From the human T2T-CHM13v2.0 reference genome, Homo sapiens, in the NCBI RefSeq assembly GCF_009914755.1, contig NC_060933.1: 64,000 nt of DNA, one strand, 5' to 3'. The notes beneath the pieces were generated by a model. It saw only the letters and a program-made list of their open reading frames with translations, was not told where the DNA came from and ran no database searches. Below are positions 1 to 14,543 of this stretch, piece by piece (position 1 is the first letter of the stretch; each line of letters starts with the position of its first letter). Position numbers and translations under genes: made by a program.

Positions 1-280
<280 letters not shown>

Positions 281-769
281 GTTTAGCTAAATTACCCCAG
301 CACAATTCGCTGCAACAAAAATATCTATACAAATTGAATATTTTATTTTCTCTGCCAATATAGCTCTAATAGTTAAAATATTCTGGAATGAGTTATCATT
401 CCAACAAGTAAATTAATATATTGTAAGTTTCAATAATTGTTAAATATAAAAATACATCTTTTGATGTAATGTTAATAGGGCTTTCCCTCATTATTTTATG
501 TTTCTATGGAAGAATACTATATATTGCTTGAATAAGACAGGGTTTATTGTTTTCATTTCTGTTTTTCTATTTTTTCCATATAACATAACAATTTATTTAT
601 CCTACAAATACGTAGATGGGAATGGAAGTTTTATAACAAGTTCAGATCATTCTTTTAAATTCTTCAATTCTTCAAAATTCTATGACAAAAATCTCATTAA
701 AATGTCATCAAAAAATTTAATAAGAAGTTGATTAAGTTATCCTTTTATTTTTGATGAGACAAAGAATTG

Positions 770-1890
770 GAACCAAGATGAATTACAAAAGGGTCTTTTG
801 CATGAGGATGTTCAATTGTTTCAGCATCATTTACTGAAAAGACTATTCTTTCCCCCATTATGTGGCTTTGGTGCTCATTAAAAATCAGTTGACCATAGGT
901 GTGTGGCTTTATCCTTGAACTTTCAGTTCTATTAAATTGTTGCCTCTGTCTAGCCTGTGGCATTACTAAACTTTTTTTTTCTCATTCAACATGATGTTAC
1001 CTGTGGATTTGTCATACACGGTCATTATTGTATTGAAGAACATACCTTCTATGCCTAATTTGTTGAGATTTTATCATGAAGGTATGCTTAATTTTGACAA
1101 ATGTCTTTTCTGTGTCTATTGAAATGGGTTAGATGGTTATTGTTCTTGTGTTAATGTGATGTATCATGTTTCTTGATTTGTGTCTGCTAAACCATCCTGT
1201 ATCCCTAAGATACATCCCATTTAATCATAGTAAATCATCTTTTTGCACATTTGTCAATGTGCTGTTGAATTCAGTCTTCTAATATTTTGTTGAGCATTTT
1301 TGCATCTATGTTCATTAGAAATATTGTACTGTAGTTTTCCTTTTTTGTTGTGTTCTTGTCTGGTTTTGGAATCAGGGTAATGCCGGGCTTGTAAAATGCG
1401 TTTCAATTTTTTGGTATACTTCAAGCCTCTTCAGTTTCTTGTTATACTTTGAGGAAAATTGATATTAGTTCTTCTTAAAATGTTTGGCAGAATTTGTCAG
1501 TGAAGCCATCAGGTTCTGGGCTTTTCTTTCATGGAAGACCTTTATTACTTATTCAATTTATTTGCTCCTTATTGGTATGTTTGGATTTTTTATTTCCTCA
1601 TAGTTTAATTTTGGTAGGTTTTATATGTCCAGGATAATATATATTTCTTCTGTATTATCAGATTTGTTGGTGTATGGTTGTTCATGCTATCTCTTTGTTC
1701 AAACTGATCTTTTGTGTTTTTGTGGTATGTTGTAATGTCTCTTTTTTATCTCTGGTTTTATTTGTTTCAGTCTTCTCTTTTCGTAGTCTAGCTAAAGGTT
1801 TGTCGATTTTGTTTAACTTTTCAAAGAAACAACTTTTCATTTTGTTGAACCTTTGACTTGCTTTTTTTACTTTCTATTTCATTTCTGTTT
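770..1890 (-). mobile_element. Old L1 (L1M/L1MA-type) ORF2 fragments
   Basis: Antisense L1 ORF2 motifs, e.g. 'ttttgcatctatgttcattag', 'tgaagccatcaggttctgggctttt', 'tagtctagctaaaggtttgtcgattttg'. Confidence 0.85.
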
Positions 1891-2895
1891 TGAAATGGTG
1901 GCTGCCACTAGGCTGGCTGTTAAGTTGAGCTCAGGTGCATGTGGTCGCAGCAGGACCAGGCAGCTCTGCATTGGTCTGCCCAGAGAGACAGGGACACCAC
2001 TAGGCCAGCTGTCCAGACTGGCGTGCCAGCAGGCATACATATGGCATGGCGAGGCAGCTCTGTGGTGGTGTATCAGCGGCCAGGGCTGTCACCTGGCTAG
2101 CTTTCAGGCTGGGTGCTGGTACACAGGGACAGAAGGGGCCAGCTGGCTGTGAGGTGCAGGTGCACATGGGTGAGAGGGTGGCCAGCTGTTTGGCAGCTTT
2201 CGCATTATGGCATTCCACGTGTCCCTGGAGGGGATGGGGTGCCATGTAGGTTCCAACTGAAAATCTTAGTCTTTTCATCCTGCCTAGGTTCCAGAAAGAT
2301 AAAATCCTGCTGTTGGAAGCACCTGTGTGAGCAAGGTGAAATGATGGCAGGGCCTCAGGGATACATAGAATCAGTTGCTTCTGGCCCCCAGGCAGGATGT
2401 ACTCTAGCAGTGAGTTCAATTTCAAGATGGTGCCATGCCATAGCAACTTAGCTGGCAGGGTGGGAGGTGTTCAGAGTGAATGCCTACTCTGGTACCATGC
2501 AGCTACATGAACTCCTATCTACTCTCCAAGAATCCTCACAGGATGCAAGGCCTATGATGACTGGGGGAGCCCTTCTGTAGCAAGAACTGCTGGTGCTTGT
2601 GGTGACAATGGGACCTGCTGGGGCTCTCTAACTTACCTATTTTCCTGTAAGAACAAGTTCCTTCTGACTTTGGGCTGAACTAGATAGGGAAGACTGTGGC
2701 AGAAGTGAATGCCTCACTCTGCTCTTTATAGTGCTATTCTGGGCTTCTGTGCTACACAGGGATTTTGTCACTTTCTTCGTGCTCTGAAGTGTAATTCCTC
2801 AGTCACTCCAATGGAAATATAATTGCTTATTTATTGTTTTGGTCTTTTTATTGGGGGAAACAAGCCCCAGGCAACTCTAGGTGACCATCTTGCTG
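1891..2895 (-). mobile_element. GC-rich 5' UTR of an old L1 (L1M/L1MA-type), joined directly to ORF2 (ORF1 region missing)
   Basis: Ends in 'ctaggtgaccatcttg' (antisense of the caagatgg..ctag L1 5' terminus); similar to 36060-36235 and 37158-37350. The overlapping 60-148 aa ORFs here are by-products of GC content. Confidence 0.7.
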
Positions 2896-2929
2896 TTGAC
2901 AATCCAAAGTATCTTTCCTTACAATATTA

Positions 2930-5235
<2,306 letters not shown>

Positions 5236-5878
5236 AATCATTTCCGTTAAGGTTTGGATAAGCCTCGAACCACAAGTGCACTGCAGTCTGAATAGGCATC
5301 ATAATCCTCCAGGAAACTCTGAACGGCCTTGACACAGGTAGGAGTCATTTGATGACAGCCACTTTTCACCCCCACAAAAGACCACTTTGCCTGAGAGTTC
5401 AGAACTAGGAAGGAGTCTCAAGCCTGTGAGGTGAGATGGATGCTAAAATCTTCTCCCTAGAAGATGCCTCAGAATTTTTGTTTCTTTTTATTGGTTCTAT
5501 ACTTTTCATTTCACCTGGAGCTGTGCCCTCCTGGAGCATCTCAACAGTTACATAAGCCACTCCACTTGATCTCTGCTGGACAATTACTTTTAAATCTCAC
5601 ATGTAAATAGGGCTTGCAGTATTATATGTAGAATATAAATAATAAATATTTCTGTGGCTTCTGTGGAAGCTAAAAATCATGATGTAGTGTTTGAATATGA
5701 CTTTTCTTTGTATTCATCCCAAGGGCCGAATTCTTTTTATTGTTATCAGTATTTACATCTTAAGCTGGCCTCTTTCTCAGCAAGGCTTACATTTATTTAG
5801 GCTGCATCTATTTTCCCTTATGCTGTCATTTCCCAAGTAGGCACCTCAGTAAAGATTCAATCAAATAAGGAGATATCT

Positions 5879-5914
<36 letters not shown>
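5879..5914. repeat. (GA)n microsatellite
   Basis: Direct reading; one GACA interruption. Confidence 0.95.
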
Positions 5915-5920
<6 letters not shown>

Positions 5921-6239
5921 AATAAATGTCTCCAAATAAGAAGTCATTTATCTAAACTGTTTGAACATCAAATAGCAGGGCTTTTTTTTTTTCCTTTTAT
6001 CTCACAAGACCACTGTCTGCTACCTAAAATTTAGAAGGAATAAAAACTCTGAACTTAGATTGAGGCTTCCCAAACCACAGAGCCAAACCTCAACTTCAGA
6101 AATTCCTGGCAAACTATGTATTAGCTAGTACCTGATAAAATGAAACCTCCATCCTTGTTAATTCCTTACGTGCAGAGCTGTTCATATTAAATAATGTCTC
6201 TTTTGTTTTTACTCATGCTTTGTTTTTACTTATACTTAC

Positions 6240-6245
6240 GCATTT
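6240..6245 (-). other. Candidate 6-nt frame-preserving microexon (AAATGC) of an unidentified host gene
   Basis: Minus strand reads (T)11-gtttttgttttttttgctttgctatcgtttgttcag|AAATGC|gtaagtataag: long U-tract, two TGC motifs, CAG acceptor, consensus GTAAGT donor, GCATG downstream. Confidence 0.7.
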
Positions 6246-6439
6246 CTGAACAAACGATAGCAAAGCAAAAAAAACAAAAACAAAAAAAAAAACCTTTATT
6301 CAGTTCATCCTAATCCCAATAATCAAAACATTACAGACAAATGGACACGTAGGCCAAAGTTTCACTTGGAAAGCCTAACCACAATTAACACGTTAATATG
6401 AATGCTACTCTGTGACAGTGGCAGTGACCCCTTGCAGGA

Positions 6440-7130
6440 TACCTTTCTGCATTTCTGCCCCTACTGCCCTGGCCTGGCTATCATTGTTTCTTACTTACTC
6501 AATGGAAGTAGCCTCTAAATTGATATCACTGAATTCTCTCCCACCATTCTCTACTTCATTTTTTATTATGCAGCAAGGGGAAACTTTTAAAACTATACAT
6601 CTGATCATGTCACCTTCCTGCTTGAAACCCTTCAGAAGATCCTCATTGTTCTTAGTACAAAGATCTAACAAGGACATGAATAATCTACCCCAGCTTTGTT
6701 CACCAGCTTGATTTTATGCCACTCTCCTTGTATTTTCTAACAGCCAGCCTCATATTCCCATTTCAGCCTCATATGTCTTATTCTCATAACACATGCATAT
6801 ATTTCCCACCACCGAGCATTCAATTATGCCCTTTCTTCTGCTCAGAGCAGGTTCCTTCTATGAGTAATTAATTCTAACTAAACCTCCAGAGTCCGTTTGA
6901 AGTACCATTTCCTCAAGGCAGCCTTCACTGCCTGCATAATCTAGATCAAAATTTTGTCCATTTTAGCAATAGCACAATTGTAAATAACTGATTGTGTGAG
7001 TTGTTATTAGTATCTGTTTCTCAAAAAAAAAATAAGTTCCACAAATTCTGGGACTTCATCTTGGTCATTACTGTATTCCTACTTCCCAGCACAGAGAAGT
7101 ACTCAATCTCAGTATCTATATGAATGGAAT
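6440..7130 (+). mobile_element. L2 3' region
   Basis: L2 hallmarks 'atctgatcatgtcaccttcctgcttgaaacccttc' and terminal 'cccagcacagagaagtactcaat...tgaatggaat'. Confidence 0.75.
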
Positions 7131-7184
7131 TTACAAATAAAATTTATAATGAGTACAATTTATAAATGAAATAAAAGCGGGAGT

Positions 7185-7295
7185 ACATAAAATGTTTTCA
7201 CATAGATTATCATATTTAATTCTAACAGAAAACTCTATAGTAAATAACAATATTATCATCTTACAGAGAAGAAAAGGAGAAAACTGAGTCCTCTG
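7185..7295 (-). mobile_element. MIR fragment
   Basis: 'ttttcacatagattatcatatttaattctaacag...cttacagagaag...aaaactgag' resembles antisense MIR core. Confidence 0.5.
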
Positions 7296-9029
7296 CTGTA
7301 TTATGAGAGTAAGCATATGCCTGTCTTTCTTGGTGAGACCAATGGTTCACTCTGCACAATTTCTCCAATAGTATCAAGAATTGTTTTGTTAATAAATATG
7401 ATTGTCAACCACTAAGATAAGTAATACACTTGAATAAACTTATTTTTCTTAGTAATGTGACCTAGATTTATCATAATTTATTGATCTTGGCCCATTTTTA
7501 AATAAATCACATATTTATTTAGTCATATAATTTCTTGGGCCTTAGATCTAGTCCTATTGACTTAAAAGACAACTTCCTTTTAGTTATCTTAAAACATAAT
7601 CTTATTTCATAACTGAAATAAATGTAATTGAAATAGTCATTTAATTTTTATTGTTTCTATGTTCAATGGAATACTTCTGTTAATTTAATAGCTTAAAATT
7701 GTTCATATGTAATAGAAATTATTTATGCATGTATACATGAGCATATAGGCCGAACTACTTCAGGTGAGAAATCAGGGTGGATTTGTTATGGGGCTATGTG
7801 TTTGATTGAGTGTGTGTGTGTGTATGTGTGTTTATGTACAAATTTTTTTTTCAATCTAAATGTCATCTTTAAGCATTTATTCTATTTCCTTTACTTCCCT
7901 AGAGGGATTAAGACAATTTCTCCTTTGGTACCTCTATCAACATGCCTTAAGTAAAGCTTCAGCATGTTAAGTCATGAAATTCTTTCAGTTTGCTCTAAAG
8001 TCTGTAAAAGAGGCAATTCTGAAGCTTCAAATGCTTAAACCCTTAATGTAAGATTTGACATTTAGAAAGTAGGTCAAGTGCCCTAGTACTGTTTTGGCAT
8101 ACATCAATCTATTATTTAGAAACAATTTTAGCCACTAGGCATCACAAATGAGCCTTAAGTCTATTTCTAATACTCCCTGTATGTTTTTCTACTTAAGGGG
8201 CTAGGGCTTTAAATAATATTGAGCATGGAAGGAATTTTAAAAGCTTAGTCCTTAGCCTCTTTTCAAGACTTTTAACAAATTCTTTTGTAAGTTCTGTTAG
8301 TATTGCAAAGAGGGAGAAATAGAAATCAGAATTAGAGTCCTGTTTCTACCTAATTGTGTTGACATTTGACATGTTAGTAGGCTCCTTTGTGAGTTAATTT
8401 CTACATCAAAAAGAAGCTAATTACCCAAGGATTTGAAAGGGAAATAGTGCCCCTATGACCACCCAAATTACAATGATCATCACAGTATGCAAGCCATTTC
8501 AAAGATTCAAAACCTAGTTCTGAATTCATTGAACTATCAAAGTGGGATAAATAGTCCTAGGTAACTTACATAAGATCAGGGAAGATTGTATATCCTCTCT
8601 CGTAACTTATATACAGCCATCCCCCTACCACTACTTCTGGCTCATCTTCTCCCAAATGCAGTTTTTTTCTTCTCTTACTCAATATTTTCTCAGTCAGTCC
8701 TGTTCTTTGAGGTAATTAATTTAGATCTGTAATACTATTACTTTTCCTATAGACACCAGTCTATTATGTTTTTCTGAGATCCCTTTCTAAGACTGTTTTC
8801 CATTTGGGCTATAATCCCTGAATCACAGGATTTTTTCCATGCTTGCTTTACCTTTTTAAATAGATTGTTCATTTTATGTAATAATTAAAGCCTTTATGCA
8901 GTTGTATCTAAAACATATAAAATAAGAGAGTACATGGCTCTCTTAAAATTTGAGATCAGGCGTATATGGAGATTGAAAAAAAAACTGAAGAAAAACCTCT
9001 TCTCGGAAAAGATGTAGTAAAAATTAAAT

Positions 9030-10085
9030 CAACATAATCATGTTATTGGAAACAATGAGAGATTCACGTCCTCTTAAATTTTCTTTTTGCCTTTTATATC
9101 TTTTTCTTGCATTATTGCACTAGATAGCACCTACAGCAAAATACTGAATGGAAGTGTTTATAGTGAATATCTTTGCCTTATTCAAGCATGATTTGTGCAT
9201 GAGAAATCCAAAGAAATCTTAAAACAATCTATTGCAATAACAGAATTTAACAAATTTGTAATATACAAAGTCAAAATACAAAAAGCAATTGTATTTGTGT
9301 TCCCAAGCAATGTAAACTTAAAAAAAAAAAGAAGATTAAAAATAATGTTTTTTTCAGTAAGCATCATTGGCCAGGTATGGTGGCTCACACCTGTAATTCC
9401 ACCACTTTGGGAAGCCAAGACAGGAGGATTTCATGAGCGTGGGAGTTTGAGACTAGCCTGGAAAATATAGCAAGACCCCATCTCTATAAAAAATTAAAAA
9501 ATTAGCCAGGCATGGTGGTGTGCATCTGTAGTCCCAGCTACTCAGGTGGCTGAAGTGCAAGGATCCCTAGAACTTGGGAGGTTGAGGCTGCAGTGAGCCA
9601 TGATCACGCCATTGTACTCCAGCCTGGGCAACAGAGACTGTTCCAAAAACTAAAAAATAAAAATATACTTGTACACCAATGTACATCCTTATGTATAATT
9701 TACACACGTTCCTGCCATGAAATGCTAATCAGCTATAAAATGAACAATTATTGATTCATACACCAACATGAATGAATGTAGGAAACATTAGATGATGCAA
9801 AAGCAATCACACAGTGAATGAAACTATATATCCCAATGCTCTTAAATCCAAATATAGGCAACCTAGTCTATTATGATAGTGTTTGATGGAAACAGGAAGC
9901 ACAAGGAGTTGAGAAAAGTTATAGAATTAAATATTTTGCAGGGATGAAAATTGTCTATGAATCACTTTCTGCAATTGTTGCAAATGACAAAGGTTCATAC
10001 AATTGTCAAAACTCATCAAAGTGAACACTTAATATCTGTACATTTATCTAAGTAATAGTTTTTATTTCAGTAAAACAAGATTAAA
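9030..10085 (+). mobile_element. Ancient L1 (L1ME-type) with inverted 5' segment (9030-9183), interrupted by AluJ
   Basis: 9030-9183 is antisense RT sequence; 9184-9368 is sense ORF2; 9666-10085 is an L1ME-type 3' UTR ('gtcaaaactcatcaaagtgaacacttaatatctgtacattt'). Confidence 0.7.
9369..9665 (+). mobile_element. AluJ
   Basis: Full dimer with J-type 'atagcaagaccccatctcta' and 'gagccatgatcacgccattgtactcc'. Confidence 0.9.
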
Positions 10086-10189
10086 TAGTAAATTCTATAG
10101 AGCATCCAGCACAGGTACTGGAACAGAGAGCGTTTAAACAAGAAAAAAAAAATAGAGCTTTATCTTTTTCTTTGAAGACTCTAAAACCC

Positions 10190-10409
10190 AGCTGGGCACC
10201 GTGGCTCGCACCTGTAATCCCAGCACTTTGGGAGGCCGAGGCACGCAGATTGTTTGAGCTTGGGATATCGAGATCAGCCTGCGCAACATGGTAAAACACT
10301 GTCTCTACAAAAAATACAAAAATTATGCTTGATGGTGCATGTCTGTAGTCCCAGCTACTTGTGAGGTTGAGGTGGGAGGATCCCTTGAACTGAGGTGGAA
10401 AAAAAAAAA
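10190..10409 (+). mobile_element. AluJ-type element lacking the distal right arm
   Basis: Left arm, linker and half of right arm, then an A-run; degenerate TSD actctaaaaccc / actgtaaaagcc. Confidence 0.85.
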
Positions 10410-11743
10410 CTGTAAAAGCCGTATGATAAGTTAAATCTGTACTTTATCATATACAGATAAAGTAGTTTTAGAGAATGCAGCACTTGGTCAAACAAAATCC
10501 ATAAGCAAATTCGATTGCTTTATATCATAACCCAGAGAAGTGTTAAAACCTGGTGGCACCACTGTATTTTTTTAAGAGAATGATCATTCTGAAAAAATCA
10601 CTTTTTATTACCCTAAGGAACATTCTCAAATAACTCCAATTTTATATTTAATGTCCACTTTTATATTTAATGAGCAATATCTATTTGTAAGCACACGTCT
10701 TGAATAAACAATTTTGGTTCTTATGGGCGTTTAGACTACTGTTGCATTAAGAGGATGGCTATAAGATACTGTGACTTATAGTAGTCATTGTCAGAATATG
10801 CCTTTTCAAGCCCTCATACAAATAATAAGCTTCATTATAACATATTTTAGAGTGTTTTATGCATATAATTAGCAAGTTAACCTCATGAACAAAGGGTTAG
10901 TCATAATAATTGTGCCTGCAATGAATTTGCAAAGTGCTTTCTAGATGTAAGCACTTATTGCTATTCTAAGCCTATGGGAAGATAAATGTGAAAAGTAGAA
11001 GATTCAAGCATTTATAGGGAAATCTCAGAGGAAAGTCCAACTGTGTGCCATTAGAAAATCTTTAGTGGATGATACTGGAGCTTCTTCCAAATCCTCTCAC
11101 AGCCCTCTCTCATTTTTGTGTAAACTCCTACCCCTGTCCAGTCTTAATGTATTTCTCTTTCTCATCATAATTCCCAGTAGTGGTTTGATATCCTATGAAA
11201 CATTTATACCTTTGCCGATTAAAATATTTCCCCAAATTAAGTAGTTATGCCCCCTTTCCTCTTGATGGTTAGCTATTTTTTTAAATAAATATTTTCATGG
11301 TTATACGCATTCCTCCCATTTTAAGTAATTTTTTTATGCGCTGTGTGAGGGGGTGTGTGTGTTTGCATCTACCCTTTTACCGAGTGCCTGACATTTAGCT
11401 CAGTATCTGTCACTGGCAGGAAGTCAGTAAACACTTGCTGATCTAGGCTGTGTCCCCAGGTGATTTACCTCATCTCTCTGTGTTTAAGGCTGGCAATGAC
11501 AAGGACCCTAAAAAGTGACATAAATAGATCCTTAGGCTCTTATGTTTGCCTTCCTCTTTTTCCGTGTGGATTATTTGCTTATAACAATTGTAAACTTTCC
11601 CCTTTTTTCTCATATACATTATTTTCTAGTTCCCTTTGCATGAGATTGTCACACAGTGTTATCAAAATTTGTCATTGACATATACTTCATTTTTATGTTC
11701 TTGCCTAGTTGTACCTTTAAGTAACATTAAAAATGCCACAGAA

Positions 11744-12053
11744 GGCCAGGTGTGGTGGCTCACGCCTGTAGTCCCAGCACTTTGGGAGGCCAAGGTGGGT
11801 GGATCACGAGGTCAGGAGATCGAGACCATCCTGGCTAACATGGTGAAACCCTGTCTCTACTAAAAATACAAAAAAATTAGCTGGGCGTGGTGGCGGGCAC
11901 CTGTAGTCCCAGCTACTCAGGAGCCTGAGGCAGGAGAATGGCGTGAACCCGGGAGACGGAGCTTGCAGTGAGCCGAGATCGCACCACTGCAGTCCAGCCT
12001 GGGCAACAGAGCGAGACTCCGTCTCAAAAAAAAAAAAAAAAAAAAAAAAAAAA
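11744..12053 (+). mobile_element. AluY, full length
   Basis: Y diagnostics 'gagatcgagaccatcctggctaac', 'gaatggcgtgaacccggg', 'ggagcttgcagtg'; A28 tail; TSD aaaaatgccacagaa / aaaaagccatagaa at a TT/AAAA site. Confidence 0.96.
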
Positions 12054-14451
12054 GCCATAGAAAACTTCTGTTGAAATGCTAATTGGTACAGTATGCAAAC
12101 TGGAAGTTAACTTGGACAGAATACCTATTTTCACAATACGTTGTGGAAACAGTTTACAACAAAATACATATGCCAGCTATCTTTTATTCTCCATATATTT
12201 TTAACCTCAGGGAGAAGAAGCTGAATTAAACATAATCCTGTCTTCATCATGTGCTCTTGTCATTGGTGTAATCAAGGCTCAGTTCTTACTTCGTTTCTAT
12301 TCTATTCATAATAAGTTTCTCCTCCACTCTCCTGCATGGATATCCACTCTCATGTATAAAATATGTGTCCTTCAGCATGTCTCAATTTTGCAGTTTCTTT
12401 ATATGACTCATCCAGATTGCTTATTTCCTATTCCCCCAAATATTATCTTTTTATTATGCTATGAGTAGTATTTCCTTATCAATTACAAAATTAGGTAGTT
12501 GTTGCTGGGATGCAGGATCTCCATTGTGTTTTAATTATTTTTTATTATCCAGCCCCTTTAGTGAAATTTTCTCATTATATCTAATAGTTTTGAGATGACA
12601 ACTCAGGGTTTCTCAGGTATGTGATCATAGAATCTACAAAGCATTACTTTTTTTACTTGGTAATATTGTTTGTATTCTTACTGTTACATCAACAAAGATT
12701 TCTACAATCACAAAACAATTATAACAATTCCTATACTGTTATTTAATTTCAAAGTGATATATTGAATACAGTGACATTTGATAATAACTAATGGTTTAGG
12801 ATAAAATCCTTTTCTAGCTTTGTCAACTTTAAAATATGTCATAGGGATGCTTCTGAATTTCAGCCAAGATCTTAACTATTTCTTATACAAATATCATTAT
12901 TTCCATTCAAATTAATTAGATATTAATTTTAAACCACACAATGCTTATTTACGTTCCCAATTTTTCTGTTAGAGTAGATTGGCTTATAATATAATGGTCA
13001 CTTAAAATTAGCACATTTGTAAATTCCCTTAGATTTTCAATTGAAACATGAAACAACAGAAAAACAACATCCTCATTTCAACTTTCAAAGATATTACCAT
13101 CCACTGAAGTAAGAGCCACACACACAAAAAATGATTCCACAACAGTTTTGTGGAATCCAACACCAACTTAAGATATTGACCAGATTGTGTATGCAATTGT
13201 TTGGAAGGTGTAACTTCAGCAAGATTGCAAGCATCTTGATTAGCTATTGCAATTTTCCAGGAAGCTGATATTGTCCTCCTGTGATATAATTGTGAATATT
13301 CAAGTCTATTAGGTGCTGATGGAATCATCTTCTGCATATGCAAAGACAGGTTCAAAAACAAGGGGTTATTATTCATTATTAATTATAATAATTTATTAAA
13401 TGTCTATTGTAAGTTCTGGAAAAGGGTAAAGCTTGACTCTACATTCCATGAATGTTAACCTACAGTATGGTTTATCATACCTACAGAATGGGATCTCACC
13501 ATTTAGACATGAGGATATCAGGAAAAACTGCTTTTAAATCTTGTGATGTTGCTTAACACTGGTCCTCACTGTTAGTGGTAGTACTTAATATCTGTAGTGG
13601 GCCTCATAATTATCACCTTTTTTTGAATTTGAATTTTTGTAATATGCTTCCCCCAAAAAATAGGATAGAATCATAATACAACTTGCCTAACAGTGTACCA
13701 CATATCTAAAATCAGTTTTTAAAAATGATTACTATTTTTTGTAGATAAATTTTTTATCTTGGCCTGAGAATAGTTTTCCTCCTATTTTAGTCACATAGTC
13801 AAACTACCGTATAATAAGATTTTTCTCATGTATTCAAGATCTACAGATTAACAAAACTCATCTCTCCTTTAACAAAAAAATGAAGCTTTACAGAAGGTTG
13901 TTTGCGTAATTAAACACAATGTAGATTATTTTAAAATCTCTCATCAGATAATGTTGTCCTCCAAATGTTTTATTTCAGAATATGTAATTTTGAGAATACA
14001 ATGAAAATTGTGTGACTTGTATCACTAGCCATCTCTAGCAGGAGATATTCTATTTCAAAAAAAGTGATTATTTTAATTTTTTTCTGGAGTACATCCATGG
14101 CCAAGTTTAGCATGCCCTGCACCAGTTAGAATTTTGAAATAGATTAACTGATGTTAGTTGAAAAAAATTAACTTCTATCATATATGCTTAGTGAGAGCTC
14201 CCCTTATCACAAAGTATCCTCCTTTTTCATTACAATAGACAAGAGAAATAGAAGGAGTGGAAGCTAAGAATTAGAAATTGTTTCTTGCTTTTAATTATTG
14301 CTTTGTATTTTCTTGGGAAAAAAAAGTGGTAGATTAGTAAGCACTAAACCTCACTGCCATGCACTCAGTAGTGCTGAGAGAAATATGATAAAAGAGGCAA
14401 TCTGCTCATAGGACAGGACTGCAGCAATTGCTATTTGGCTTATTTTTTCAG

Positions 14452-14543
14452 GGGACCCTGCTCAGCCAAACTCTGATCCAAAGGAAGCCACCGCCGTCAT
14501 ATCCACATCTAGCCATACTTCGTTTGAAAGCTTCCCGGGCTCT
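14452..14543 (+). other. Candidate 92-nt internal exon (possibly lncRNA)
   Basis: 'ctatttggcttattttttcag|GGGACC...GGCTCT|gtgagt'; GC-richer and CpG-retaining island in AT-rich unique DNA. Confidence 0.4.

Noticed and set aside
1853-2451. Cluster of overlapping 67-148 aa ORFs
   Set aside because: Lies in a GC-rich old L1 5' UTR; no protein motif; open on both strands
5252-5337. Possible plus-strand exon (AAG acceptor, CAG|gtagga donor)
   Set aside because: Weak polypyrimidine tract and mediocre donor; not distinguishable from background
6262-6300. Minus-strand AATAAA followed by a U-rich tract as a poly(A) site
   Set aside because: The U-tract starts immediately after the hexamer and ends in an AG/GT pair; the splice-site reading fits better, though intronic polyadenylation is not excluded
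6167-6351. Two HIF-type TACGTG motifs (6167, 6346)
   Set aside because: Short motifs with no other support; CpG retention is better explained by constraint around the microexon
11804-12058. 84-aa ORF (and similar ORFs at 9182, 10081, 23971, 38287)
   Set aside because: Alu-derived translation artefacts
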